64,000 nt of DNA, from assembly GCA_964636235.1 (NCBI GenBank), contig CAZWQV010000004.1:3257-67256 (forward strand), in the 5' to 3' direction. The notes beneath the pieces were generated by a model. That model made no database searches and was not told the origin of the DNA. It saw nothing but the letters and a program-made list of their open reading frames with translations. The number at the start of each line of letters is the position of its first letter. Position 1 is the stretch's first letter. This DNA comes from an uncultured Thermoplasmatales archaeon. Its GTDB lineage: Archaea > Thermoplasmatota > E2 > DHVEG-1. The position numbers and the translations under genes are program-made. Shown piece by piece: positions 29,448 to 39,584 of this stretch.

Positions 29448-30710
29448 ATGAGAAAGAAACACAAAATTATTCGTGATTCCATCTATGGTGATATTCGATT
29501 AGATGGAATATTTCAAGAGTTACTGGATAGCCCAGAGATTCAACGACTAAGTTCTATTAAACAGCTAGGTCTTGCACATCTTATTTTTCCTGGAGCTCAT
29601 CATACTCGATTAGAGCATTCGCTGGGGGCATTTTATATGGCTTCAACAATGTCAAATAATCTTTCGATACCATATGATGAAAGATTACATGTTCTTGTTG
29701 CAGCGTTACTTCATGATATAGGTCATGGGCCATTTTCTCATACATTAGAATCATTATTACGGGAACAATTCAATGTAGATCATGTTGACTTAACCCTTCA
29801 ACTTATTAATGGTGATTCTGAGATATTCCAAGATAATGAAAGGTTATCATTAGCCTCTTGTGAAACAGTGGCAGATTTATTAACATCACATCATATTGAT
29901 AAGACTCAAGTTTCTAAAATTATCAAAGGAAAACATAATGAAAAGCCGTATCTTGGTGAATTATTAAACAGTGTTATTGATGCTGACCAAATCGATTATC
30001 TTCTCAGAGATTCTTACTATACGGGTGTTGCTTATGGCATGATTGATAGTCAACGTTTTGTTCAAACATTAGAAATATATAACGATCATCTAGCCCTTAA
30101 AAGGAAAGGGGTTGGCGTTATTGAAAATGTTCTTATGGCTCGGGCTTTAATGTATTCATCAGTTTATTTTCATAAAACAGTTCGGATTGCAGAATTAATG
30201 TTGTCAAAAGCATTTGAACTTATTGCAGAAGTTAAACCATTTGAGTTTTATTTCATGACTGATGGCGAATTAATTGAAGTGTTAAAAACTAAAGGTTCTT
30301 TTCAAAGAGATATTGTAACTCGCCTGAAATACAGGCAGTTGTTCAAACAAGCATATCATTATCGATGTATTCAACATTCAGATGATGAAAAAGCCATAAT
30401 TATTAAAAAGTTGGAAGATTCAGCATATAGACGCAAAATTGAACAATGTTTTGAAGAAACATTAGATATTCCACAAGGTCATATTATAATTGATGCTCCA
30501 TCATTTGATTTACATCAAGCAGAACCGAGAATTCAAGAAATTGACATGCCAATAATTGAAAATGGAACTACCAATACATTAACTTATTATACTCCAGTTG
30601 CAGAAGCAATAAGTATGCGATCGATTCCTGATTGGGATATTATGATAATTACTGATGAGCCATACCGAAAAAAAGTAGAAAAATATGTTGAAGAGATTTT
30701 ATATCAATAA
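29448..30710 (+). CDS. HD-domain phosphohydrolase (SAMHD1-like dNTPase, COG1078)
   Basis: QRL..IKQLG, PGAHHTRLEHSLG, LLHDIGHGPFSH, DADQIDYLLRDS, VYFHKT. Confidence 0.9.
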   Translation: MRKKHKIIRDSIYGDIRLDGIFQELLDSPEIQRLSSIKQLGLAHLIFPGAHHTRLEHSLGAFYMASTMSNNLSIPYDERLHVLVAALLHDIGHGPFSHTLESLLREQFNVDHVDLTLQLINGDSEIFQDNERLSLASCETVADLLTSHHIDKTQVSKIIKGKHNEKPYLGELLNSVIDADQIDYLLRDSYYTGVAYGMIDSQRFVQTLEIYNDHLALKRKGVGVIENVLMARALMYSSVYFHKTVRIAELMLSKAFELIAEVKPFEFYFMTDGELIEVLKTKGSFQRDIVTRLKYRQLFKQAYHYRCIQHSDDEKAIIIKKLEDSAYRRKIEQCFEETLDIPQGHIIIDAPSFDLHQAEPRIQEIDMPIIENGTTNTLTYYTPVAEAISMRSIPDWDIMIITDEPYRKKVEKYVEEILYQ

Positions 30711-30808
30711 CGATTTTAACATACCTTACAATGAATGTCATTTTTATAGAATGAAAATATTAACCTTGTGAATAAACGATATGTGATATATGAGGTGAAA
30801 CAGAAACC

Positions 30809-32119
30809 ATGTCTGATGTTCCAATTGTGACAATAAGGGAAATATTACAAGGATCTTTTACAGATAAAGAAGTTATAATCAGAGGATGGATTTATCGAAC
30901 GAGAAGTAGTGGAAATATCGTTTTTACGGTGATAAGGGATGCATCTGGCACGATTCAAGCGACAATGAAACGAGGAAATTTACCTGATGATGCATTTGAA
31001 GACATAAAGAAAGCCTTGGTTGAATCCTCTGTAATTATTAAAGGAAAAGTAGTAGAGGATAATAGAGCTCCTAATGGATTTGAAATCAGGGTTTTTGATT
31101 GTGAGATCGTGCAATTTGCTGATGTGTTTCCCATCGTTGAAGATCAAAGTGCTGAGTTTTTATTAGATCAAAGGCATTTATGGATCCGATCTCAAAAACT
31201 GAATGCAATTTTGAAGATAAGATCAACAGTTACCGGTGCAATTCATGAATTCTTTAGAAACAAAGGATTTTTTGAATTTACTGCACCAGTGTTGCAGCCT
31301 AACCAATGTGAAGGAGGATCCACATTATTTGAAGTTAAATATTATAATCAAAAAACCTATCTTTCACAAAGTTGGCAATTATATGCGGAAGCTGCTATTT
31401 TTTCTCTTGAAAAAATTTACAATATTGGTCCTACCTTTCGAGCTGAGAAATCGAAAACATCCCGTCATTTATCTGAATTCTGGATGGCGGAAATGGAAGC
31501 TGCATGGATAGGGCTTGAAGAATTAATAACCATTGCAAAAGAAGAAATTCATTTTATTATTAAAAAAGTACTTGAAAACAATCAATTTGAATTAAACGTA
31601 TTAAAGCAGGATATTGAAAAATTACAAACACTTTCAATTAAACCAATTCCAACTATTACCTATGATGAGGCTATCGATATTTTAAACGAAAAAGAACACA
31701 TGAATGTGGAATGGGGAAAAGATTTACGTACGATTGAAGAAAATAAATTAATGAATCATTTTAGCACTCCAGTTGTTGTTACAAATTATCCATTAGAGAT
31801 TATGGCTTTTTATAAACCAGTTGATCCAGGAAAACCAAATACTGCATTATGTTTTGACATGATTGCCCCCAAAGGATATGGTGAAATTATTGGAGGCTCC
31901 CAACGAAGTACTGATATTGCATATATGAAACAACGTTTATTAGATCAAGGAGAAAAAATTGAAAATTATGAGTGGTATTTCGATTTACGAAGATATGGAT
32001 CAGTACCACATGCAGGATATGGTCTAGGTGTGGAACGATTGCTTGCTTGGATCTGCAATCTTGATAATATTAAAGATGCCATTCCTTTTCCACGTACACT
32101 AACTCGTTTTGCTCCATAG
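30809..32119 (+). CDS. asnS: Asparagine--tRNA ligase
   Basis: OB-fold RGW, ESSV, RHLWIR, CEGGSTLF, YLSQSWQLY, FRAEKSKTSRHLSEFWMAE, GEIIGGSQR, RRYGSVPHAGYGLGVER. Confidence 0.9.
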   Translation: MSDVPIVTIREILQGSFTDKEVIIRGWIYRTRSSGNIVFTVIRDASGTIQATMKRGNLPDDAFEDIKKALVESSVIIKGKVVEDNRAPNGFEIRVFDCEIVQFADVFPIVEDQSAEFLLDQRHLWIRSQKLNAILKIRSTVTGAIHEFFRNKGFFEFTAPVLQPNQCEGGSTLFEVKYYNQKTYLSQSWQLYAEAAIFSLEKIYNIGPTFRAEKSKTSRHLSEFWMAEMEAAWIGLEELITIAKEEIHFIIKKVLENNQFELNVLKQDIEKLQTLSIKPIPTITYDEAIDILNEKEHMNVEWGKDLRTIEENKLMNHFSTPVVVTNYPLEIMAFYKPVDPGKPNTALCFDMIAPKGYGEIIGGSQRSTDIAYMKQRLLDQGEKIENYEWYFDLRRYGSVPHAGYGLGVERLLAWICNLDNIKDAIPFPRTLTRFAP

Positions 32120-32130
32120 GTGAAATTTGA

Positions 32131-32406
32131 ATGAAAAAAACGGTTCATGTATTAATATCAGGAAAGGTGCAAGGAGTTTGGTTTCGAGCAACCATGAAAC
32201 AAGAAGCAGAGAAACGATCTATTGTTGGTTGGGTTCGAAATACTGTTGATGGGAAGGTTGAAGCAGTTATTCAAGGTGATGATTATCATGTTGAGGATAT
32301 GATTAAATGGTGTTATGACGGTTCTTCGTTAAGTAGAGTAGATGATGTTCAAGTCTCTTCTTTAGATAATACGGAACATTACCAGGGATTTAAGGTTCGC
32401 TATTAA
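32131..32406 (+). CDS. acyP: Acylphosphatase
   Basis: SGKVQGVWFR, GWVRN..DGKVEAV. Confidence 0.95.
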   Translation: MKKTVHVLISGKVQGVWFRATMKQEAEKRSIVGWVRNTVDGKVEAVIQGDDYHVEDMIKWCYDGSSLSRVDDVQVSSLDNTEHYQGFKVRY

Positions 32407-32407
32407 A

Positions 32408-32644
32408 TCATATTTTTTTTCTATCAAAAAGAATGGTGTTGTTAAGTTTAATTTTAAAAATTCGATGATGTGGTATGGTTGCATCATTGGTTTGTAAAAA
32501 AGTTTTGTCAATTGAAATAATTTCTTTTCCAGTTATTATTTTTGTATTGTTTTGTGCTCCTCGATGAATATACCAGATTTCAACATCCTCTAGGTTTTTT
32601 TGATTCCATTTTAATTCATTAAGTATCTCTCTTATTTTATTCAT
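32408..32644 (-). CDS. DUF504/MJ1316-family RNA-binding protein
   Basis: IREILNELKW, YIHRG, IPHHRI. Confidence 0.8.
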   Translation of the reverse strand: MNKIREILNELKWNQKNLEDVEIWYIHRGAQNNTKIITGKEIISIDKTFLQTNDATIPHHRIFKIKLNNTILFDRKKI

Positions 32645-32651
32645 GTCAGAT

Positions 32652-33302
32652 TCAGCCATACATTTTAATATTTTGATAGGATGATCTTATATGTAAATTA
32701 CCTTCTCCTTCAACGATATTTTCATGGCCAGGATATAAATTCTGGATATCATATGTTGTTAATTTTTTAATTGAGTTGATTAATTGCTGAGTACTTCCTC
32801 CTGGAAAATCAGTTCGTCCAAAGGATCCATTTGAAAAGACCGTATCGCCTGAAAATAATGTTTTATTTTCCTTGTTATATAAACAAATGCAACCTGGCGT
32901 GTGACCTGGGGTATGAATGCAAAGATATGAATCATCTCCAATAATTAATTGTTCTTCACCTTTGAGTTTTTGATCAACAGAAATTTTTGGCATTTTCCCA
33001 CCAAGCATGTGAGCAAAAATACTTACGCCGCGCTCTATTTTTTCTGATGCTAATTGATGGGCAAAAATTTCTGGTCGGGAACCAATCATTTCAATCATTT
33101 TTTTTCCCCCTCCACAATGATCGTAATGTTCATGAGTTAGAATAATTTGTTGAATGGTTGAAGGATCAACAATCTTTCTAATTTGTGATTCAATACGTTG
33201 ATGAAAAAGCCCTGTTCCACAATCAATAATTGTAGATTTCCTTCCTGTTACCAAATAAACATTTGAGTCATATTTATATCCTTGAATTACATAGATGGTC
33301 AT
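32652..33302 (-). CDS. MBL-fold metallo-hydrolase (glyoxalase II-like)
   Basis: IDCG, THEHYDH, HTPGHTPG, SGD, GRTDFPGG, PGH. Confidence 0.9.
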   Translation of the reverse strand: MTIYVIQGYKYDSNVYLVTGRKSTIIDCGTGLFHQRIESQIRKIVDPSTIQQIILTHEHYDHCGGGKKMIEMIGSRPEIFAHQLASEKIERGVSIFAHMLGGKMPKISVDQKLKGEEQLIIGDDSYLCIHTPGHTPGCICLYNKENKTLFSGDTVFSNGSFGRTDFPGGSTQQLINSIKKLTTYDIQNLYPGHENIVEGEGNLHIRSSYQNIKMYG

Positions 33303-33452
33303 ATAATTGAGACTGATAATTTCACCACTACATAAGAATATCGGAACAATAGATATTTTATTTTTTAATATTAAGCATACTGGCACCGTTTATTTTATTA
33401 TATTTCGCTACATTTATATTCTATTATCTAATAATGATTTTGGGATGATGGG

Positions 33453-33725
33453 ATGCAGGAAAATAAGTTAATATTTGGCAGAAGGATAAAAGTTAGATTG
33501 TTTTTTGCCTTGTGTTCAATTATTATTGTATTATTTGTACCAACATATGAGGTATTTGTTTTTGAACATGCAGGTTCATTTATTAAAATGACAATTTCAA
33601 TGATTTCTTTTATCTTATTTTGGATAATTTCATTTAATGTTCTTTCACGATGGTATTTAACAGATGATGAATTTGAAAAAACTCTTATCAATTCTCTGGA
33701 TAAAGAGACAATTACAAGATCCTGA
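33453..33725 (+). CDS. Small membrane protein (2 TM)
   Basis: 90 aa with two hydrophobic segments. Confidence 0.45.
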   Translation: MQENKLIFGRRIKVRLFFALCSIIIVLFVPTYEVFVFEHAGSFIKMTISMISFILFWIISFNVLSRWYLTDDEFEKTLINSLDKETITRS

Positions 33726-33859
33726 TCTATTGGTAAATTGATTAAATTAAATATAATGTCAAAATTTGAATATAAATAATTATATAGATTAATTTTATTT
33801 TTTCCAAAAGTTATTTATTTCATTTTGCTATATGTTTTTCTATTGGGGAGGCCCAAAAG

Positions 33860-35452
33860 ATGGAAAGAAGATGGATTATTCCGCTCATATGTTTAGGTTT
33901 GACGATAGCGTTATTTCAGGCAATAGCTGCTGAAGAGTATTCTGTTACATGTTCCCCAGAGGTTAATTTACCTGGGGAAATTATTCAATTTATGGTAGTT
34001 GAGGGAGTAGATAGCTACTTTGATATAACCATTAATACACCCGAAGGTGATCTAACAAATGGACCATATAATGGATGGTGCGTAGAAAAAAATGAACAAA
34101 TGTCTCGAAATGTAAATCACACTGCCCATGTCTATTCAAGCTATGATATAAACATGCCAGCTTTTTTCAAAGATGTTGGTGGGATTGAACGTTGGCATAA
34201 AATAAATTATCTTCTCAATAATATTGATTATATTCTTGCTCAAATAGATAATCAAGCAGGTAATGAGACCTGTGATGTAAATAAACATGATATTCAGGAT
34301 ACAATATGGAATATCTGTTGTGGAATATCTTATGAAGATGTAACACCCTGCGCTCAATTAATCATTGATTATTTATCAAATGAATCAAATCAGGAAGAAA
34401 TTTATGCATATTGCCCTCAAATTGGAGATGTACTTGTTGTATTAATTGATACTCAATCTGATGAAGTTCAGGTGCAACATACAATTTTTGAGCTACCCAT
34501 TGTGGAACATGAAGATGACGACGATAATGATGAACCACCAACAAATTTAGGAAGACCTGGGGGAATAGTCCTTAGTGGCAATGCACCACCAACTGCAGAT
34601 GGTTCAAAGGGATCTCCCTACCAAGGTGTTGTTGATGAAACAATAACCTTTGATGGTTCATTAAGTTATGATAGTGATGGAGATGTTGTTGAATGGTACT
34701 GGGATTTCGGTGATGATTCAACTAAGGTTGGAGAAATAGTTACACATGTTTATGATCAGCCAGGTATTTATACGGTTATATTACGGGTAACTGATAATGA
34801 CGGTTCAACAGATTCCTATGCAACATCTGCTGAGATATTACAACCAAATAGGGCTCCCAATATGCCAAATGTTACAGGAAAAACGAATTGTGATCTATCA
34901 AAAAATTATATATATAAAGCAGTATCAACTGATCCTGATAATGATACCATTCGATATATTTTTGAATGGGGTGATGGGGGAAGTAATACGATTTCAAGTT
35001 TCGTTGAAAATAATTCTACAGTTACTATCAATAAAATTTGGAATAAGGCAGGATTATTTTTACTGAAGGTGCTTGCGGAGGATGAATTTAATGTTCCTTC
35101 AGATACTTTTCAGACCTATGTTTTTGTGGATGTTGATGTTGTGTTTCTTGATGAACAACTCAATGGATATCTTCTTGATTTTGGGCGGGATGGTAACTAT
35201 GAGTCTTTTCATAATAATGAAACAGGGGAAGATATTTCATTAGGCAAAAATGATAAAGGTTTGATACTAATAGATAGTGATGATGATGGAGAATGGAATT
35301 GGTTTTATGGTGAAACAGCGGGTCTGCAAGTCTATTCATCTTCCTCTGAAAATCAACAACAATCTGAACTTCCAGTTCAATATTTGGCAATTATAGGTAT
35401 TATGGTAATTATAGCAATTATCTTCCTTGTGTTTATGATTAAAAGAAGATAA
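33860..35452 (+). CDS. Surface-anchored protein: putative thioester-like domain, PKD domains, C-terminal TM
   Basis: Signal peptide, GWC/IQDTIW/QHTIF motifs, acidic linker, PKD (FDGSLSYDSDG...WDFGD...VTDNDG), second PKD-like domain (WGDG), DxDxDG module, TM plus KRR tail. Confidence 0.8.
   Translation: MERRWIIPLICLGLTIALFQAIAAEEYSVTCSPEVNLPGEIIQFMVVEGVDSYFDITINTPEGDLTNGPYNGWCVEKNEQMSRNVNHTAHVYSSYDINMPAFFKDVGGIERWHKINYLLNNIDYILAQIDNQAGNETCDVNKHDIQDTIWNICCGISYEDVTPCAQLIIDYLSNESNQEEIYAYCPQIGDVLVVLIDTQSDEVQVQHTIFELPIVEHEDDDDNDEPPTNLGRPGGIVLSGNAPPTADGSKGSPYQGVVDETITFDGSLSYDSDGDVVEWYWDFGDDSTKVGEIVTHVYDQPGIYTVILRVTDNDGSTDSYATSAEILQPNRAPNMPNVTGKTNCDLSKNYIYKAVSTDPDNDTIRYIFEWGDGGSNTISSFVENNSTVTINKIWNKAGLFLLKVLAEDEFNVPSDTFQTYVFVDVDVVFLDEQLNGYLLDFGRDGNYESFHNNETGEDISLGKNDKGLILIDSDDDGEWNWFYGETAGLQVYSSSSENQQQSELPVQYLAIIGIMVIIAIIFLVFMIKRR
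34648..34672 (+). repeat. 25-nt exact repeat shared with 58146-58170 (PKD paralogs)
   Basis: CTTTGATGGTTCATTAAGTTATGAT occurs at both positions in direct orientation. Confidence 0.85.
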
Positions 35453-35556
35453 TCAATCTTTTTCTTTATAATAAAAAAAGCTATTTATGTAAAAGAATGA
35501 TGTCACTTATACAGTTTAAAATATTATAATGAAATTAATTGGAGACCCACTATACT

Positions 35557-35934
35557 ATGCCTGGATTTCTTCCACACTTTATCATGGGAAATGTTTTCTT
35601 TTTTATTGGTTGGCAATATCTGAAAAATTTTTCTAATGAAACATATTATGGAAGAGATTATTTATTACTTTATATCGTATGTATTTTCGGAAGTATAATA
35701 CCAGATTTTCCTTTAGGTTTGTATTATCTTTTTGGTATTAGTTCATTCACAACATTGTTGAGATATCATGTTATTTTGCATTTAATAATAAGCCCTTTGG
35801 CTGTAATTTCTTTCATTATCTTAAATAGTGTTAGTAATAGTCGATCAAAGCCAATCTGGCTCTTTGGTGTGATATGCGTCATTGTCCATGTGTTGATGGA
35901 TGCAACTATTGAAGAAATGGGGGTTTGGATTTAG
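35557..35934 (+). CDS. Membrane-bound metal-dependent hydrolase-like protein
   Basis: N-terminal His, SIIPDF, central His, HVLMD, multiple TM segments. Confidence 0.55.
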   Translation: MPGFLPHFIMGNVFFFIGWQYLKNFSNETYYGRDYLLLYIVCIFGSIIPDFPLGLYYLFGISSFTTLLRYHVILHLIISPLAVISFIILNSVSNSRSKPIWLFGVICVIVHVLMDATIEEMGVWI

Positions 35935-36101
35935 CGATTAAATGAATCAATAATTTAGTTCTAAATGGATATAATTAATATATATTTTTGATAAAATATC
36001 ATTTCATCTTTTTTTCACCATCTTTTTAAATACTTTTTTTCAAAAAATATTGGTAGAAGATGGTCTAATAATTGCTCTTCCATCTATATGGAGAAATCAC
36101 C

Positions 36102-36329
36102 ATGATTGAATCGAAAAGAAGAAATGAAAAGGCGGGTTTTATAATTAAGCTATTAATTGGTATTAGTACAATTGGAATAATCTACTTATTGCAATATGCT
36201 TCCTTTTCTCAGTTCTCATATGATTCCTCCCTTTTTCAAAGTGCATTTTACTCGTTATTAATGTTATTATTTTGGATTGGCGCAGGTTGGATATTAAGAA
36301 AACCATCACATTCAATAAAAACTGAATAA
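36102..36329 (+). CDS. Small membrane protein (2 TM)
   Basis: SD GGAG before ATG, two hydrophobic segments. Confidence 0.5.
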   Translation: MIESKRRNEKAGFIIKLLIGISTIGIIYLLQYASFSQFSYDSSLFQSAFYSLLMLLFWIGAGWILRKPSHSIKTE

Positions 36330-36455
36330 GATTTGTAAATCAGTACAAAATAATAAATATGTTAGGTTTTTTGTAGGTAAGTAATTTTTCTTCTATTCTA
36401 ATTGGAGGGTAATATTTTTATACATATGTTGCTTCCCTTCTTCAGGAGGCAATTG

Positions 36456-37403
36456 ATGAAAGATTCTCATATTCTTGTTACTGGGGGAGCAGGTTTTATT
36501 GGTTCAAATTTAGTTCAAAGACTTGTTGAACAACAAAACAAAGTTGTGGTTATTGATAATCTTTCCACTGGAAAATTGCATAATATTAAACCTTTCATAG
36601 ATGATCAATCCATTCAATTTATAAAAGGAGATATTACCAATTATTCAAGGGTATTAGAAACAATAGAAAAATATAATATAACGCATATTTTTCATTTGGC
36701 TGCGCAGGTAAGTGTTCCATTAAGTGTGGAAAGGCCAAGAGACACACATGAGATTAATGTGAATGGAACCGTTAACGTGTTGCAAGCAGCAAAAAATCAA
36801 CATGTCCAAAAAGTAGTATTTAGTAGTTCATGTGCAGTTTATGGAAATAACAACCAGGAAAATGCAATAAAAGAAACTGATGTAACTCAACCATTAAATC
36901 CCTATTCATTAAGTAAACTTATAGGTGAACAATATTGCTCTCTTTATTCTTATTGTTTCAATCTACCTTGTGTATCATTACGATATTTTAATGTCTATGG
37001 TCCTAAACAAGATCCAGATGGAGAATACGCTGCAGTCATTCCGAAATTTATAGATAGGTTACAATCTAAACATGCACCAATTATTTATGGCAATGGGGAT
37101 CAAACAAGGGATTTTGTCTATATTGATGATGTTGTAAATGCAAATTTATTAGCTGCAGAGAAAGATATACAAGGAATTTTTAATATCGCAACAGGCAAAC
37201 AAACTTCTATTAGAGAACTTGCCCTAACAATCATGAGAGAAATGGATGATTTTTACGATCCTGTTTACATGAATCCTCGATTATGTGAGATATATCATTC
37301 TATTGCAAACATTTCAAAGGCATCAATAGAGATTTCATATGAGATTACCCATCCTCTGGATAAAGGGATAAGGAAGACAATTGAATGGTTTAATAAAAAT
37401 TAA
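36456..37403 (+). CDS. NAD-dependent nucleotide-sugar epimerase/dehydratase (GalE/WbpP-like SDR)
   Basis: TGGAGFIGS, HLAA, SSSCAVYG, YSLSK, LRYFNVYGP, GDQTRDF. SD AGGAGG. Confidence 0.92.
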   Translation: MKDSHILVTGGAGFIGSNLVQRLVEQQNKVVVIDNLSTGKLHNIKPFIDDQSIQFIKGDITNYSRVLETIEKYNITHIFHLAAQVSVPLSVERPRDTHEINVNGTVNVLQAAKNQHVQKVVFSSSCAVYGNNNQENAIKETDVTQPLNPYSLSKLIGEQYCSLYSYCFNLPCVSLRYFNVYGPKQDPDGEYAAVIPKFIDRLQSKHAPIIYGNGDQTRDFVYIDDVVNANLLAAEKDIQGIFNIATGKQTSIRELALTIMREMDDFYDPVYMNPRLCEIYHSIANISKASIEISYEITHPLDKGIRKTIEWFNKN

Positions 37404-37487
37404 TTACAAATAAATTATAATAAAGTATATATTCATATAATGAATTGATAGCTTATCCGGTATCATCAATAATAATTCAGATTACTA

Positions 37488-38306
37488 ATGAATCCCTGGT
37501 GGGGGATAAAAAAGGTGTGGAATCAATCAAATAAAATTCAACGACATTTACCCATCCAAATTCTTGGAATTATTCTTACCTGCGTTGGAATTATGCTTCT
37601 AATAAATCCCACAAATTTACTGGTGAAAATAAGTTTCGGTCTGATTATAATTGGAACATTTATGATAGTTATGACTGCGGGAAATTACATTCCAAAACAA
37701 ACAAGCGATTCAAAGATTAAAGGAAATATGATTCCTATTTATAAATTAATTATTCAATTGAAATTAAAAGGCAATGCCGTCTTTATCCCAATCTCAAAAA
37801 AGCTCAATGAAGAAAGGATTTTTATTTCCCCTAATGAAAAAGGTAACATTCGCATTCCTGATATTAAAAATGATAAGGTCATTTTATATGACAAAAATGG
37901 GGAAATTTTAGGCATTGCTCTTCCTCCATCAGGTTTATCCTTATTAGATGAAATAGATAAAGAAAAGGATTTTGATAAAAATAATTTAAAACATATTGAA
38001 ATGAACCTAAAAAAATTCGTTGGTATTGATTTAATCAAATCTGTTTCCCTAATGAAAACAATAGTTGGATACAAACTTGAAATTATCCTAAATAATCCTG
38101 AATTTTGTTTTAAAAATCAGCGTTTATGCAGACAATATCCCTGTCCAACATGTAGTGCTGTTTTAACTGCAATATCCCGGTCAACTGTATCAACAAAAAA
38201 AAGATTATGGATAAAAAATATTCAACGAAGGGGTAATTCAGTAGTTTATTATCTTAATTTTATCGATCAAAATACTGGAAATGAGGGAGAATATGTTGAT
38301 AACTGA
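37488..38306 (+). CDS. Conserved hypothetical membrane protein with C-terminal Cys cluster
   Basis: Two N-terminal TMs, PPSG.SL, C..C...PCPTCSA. First of a three-gene unit ending in DUF1616. Confidence 0.6.
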   Translation: MNPWWGIKKVWNQSNKIQRHLPIQILGIILTCVGIMLLINPTNLLVKISFGLIIIGTFMIVMTAGNYIPKQTSDSKIKGNMIPIYKLIIQLKLKGNAVFIPISKKLNEERIFISPNEKGNIRIPDIKNDKVILYDKNGEILGIALPPSGLSLLDEIDKEKDFDKNNLKHIEMNLKKFVGIDLIKSVSLMKTIVGYKLEIILNNPEFCFKNQRLCRQYPCPTCSAVLTAISRSTVSTKKRLWIKNIQRRGNSVVYYLNFIDQNTGNEGEYVDN

Positions 38307-38541
38307 GAAAATCATTTTATTTATGTGCATATGGATTTCGGTAAGTTTGTTGATTACAAATGAATTACAATTTGAAATTTTCTTAATCCTTATTCTTATT
38401 GGTTTTGTAATTATTAAAGAAATTACTAATCCTTTTATTGTAGGAAAAATAAAATTTAAATTAAATTTCTTTATTTTGATTTTTTTAATAGTATTCAGTC
38501 TCGTTATATTTAATAGAATTATTGGCTACGTAACAAGTTAA
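38293..38541 (+). CDS. Small 3-TM membrane protein
   Basis: Highly hydrophobic, EIFLILILIG, overlaps the previous gene. Confidence 0.6.
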   Translation: MLITEKIILFMCIWISVSLLITNELQFEIFLILILIGFVIIKEITNPFIVGKIKFKLNFFILIFLIVFSLVIFNRIIGYVTS

Positions 38542-38558
38542 AAGGATTTAGATCAATT

Positions 38559-39560
38559 ATGACAGAACATCGATTACTTCCATGGCATATTATTCTTTGT
38601 TTTGGATGGTGCATCTTCTATTATATTTTATACCTATTCAATGGAAGCACTCTTCGGATCCTTTTTGGAATACCCTTTCTTTTTTTCATTCCTGGTTTTC
38701 TATTTATATTAAGTTTATTTCCTTCATCCCGCATTGATAAAAAAATAAATTTGTTTGAAAGGTTGGTACTAAGCATTGTTTTTTCTTTGGCCATTGTTTC
38801 TCTTATTGGTATTGGTCTAAATTTTACTCAATTAACCCTATCTCTTTTTTGGTTTGCAACGTTTCTCCTTGGGTTTAATATCTCTTTTAGTATTATTTCA
38901 TTATTGAGATGGTATCAACAAAAACCTACTGAAAGATTTATCATAATTTTACCGAAAAAAATTAAAAAAGTACGAAAACCGTTTGAATCTGTGTTAAATA
39001 TTATTCTTTTCCTAGTTGCTCTTTCTACCTTTATCGTGATAATTTATGTTACTATTTCTTCGTTTGTATTGTTATCTGAAAGAGGCGAATTTTTTACTGA
39101 ATTTTATATACTTGGAGAAGGAAAAAATGCAAACAACTATCCTAAAAATATTACCGTTGGAATCCCTCAGTCATTAACAATTGGTATTACAAATTATGAA
39201 AAGGAAGCGATGGATTATACTATTGAAGTATGGTTAATTAATCAAAGTACAGATTCTGATCAAAATCAAAACAATACTCATTCTATATATTATGAGATGT
39301 ATTTTCTTAAAAAAATAGAAGTATTTTTGCCTGTATACACACTAGAAGTTGAAAACTTATCAAATCCACAGTGGCAATATCAATATCAATTCAATATCAG
39401 CAATTTATCTGGTCGATATAAAATGCAATTTCTCCTATATGATCATTCCACGGATGATTATTATAAGGATAAAAACTATTATTATATAGCAGATGAAAAG
39501 ATTGGTACTGCCTATCGATCTTTACATCTATGGATGAATATTATTGATGATTCATTATAA
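38559..39560 (+). CDS. DUF1616 membrane protein
   Basis: LFFIPGF...LFP, ERLVLS..SLAI..LIG..LN, FTEFYILG..KNANNYP, GITNYE, YRSLHLW. Confidence 0.85.
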   Translation: MTEHRLLPWHIILCFGWCIFYYILYLFNGSTLRILFGIPFLFFIPGFLFILSLFPSSRIDKKINLFERLVLSIVFSLAIVSLIGIGLNFTQLTLSLFWFATFLLGFNISFSIISLLRWYQQKPTERFIIILPKKIKKVRKPFESVLNIILFLVALSTFIVIIYVTISSFVLLSERGEFFTEFYILGEGKNANNYPKNITVGIPQSLTIGITNYEKEAMDYTIEVWLINQSTDSDQNQNNTHSIYYEMYFLKKIEVFLPVYTLEVENLSNPQWQYQYQFNISNLSGRYKMQFLLYDHSTDDYYKDKNYYYIADEKIGTAYRSLHLWMNIIDDSL

Positions 39561-39584
39561 TTTAATTAGAAAGAGGATTAAGAC

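Noticed and set aside
30809..32119. Non-discriminating AspRS instead of AsnRS
   Set aside because: FRAEKSKTSRH..EFWM.E, GEIIGGSQR and YGSVPH fit AsnRS. The typical AspRS YLAQSPQ and GMPPH motifs are absent.
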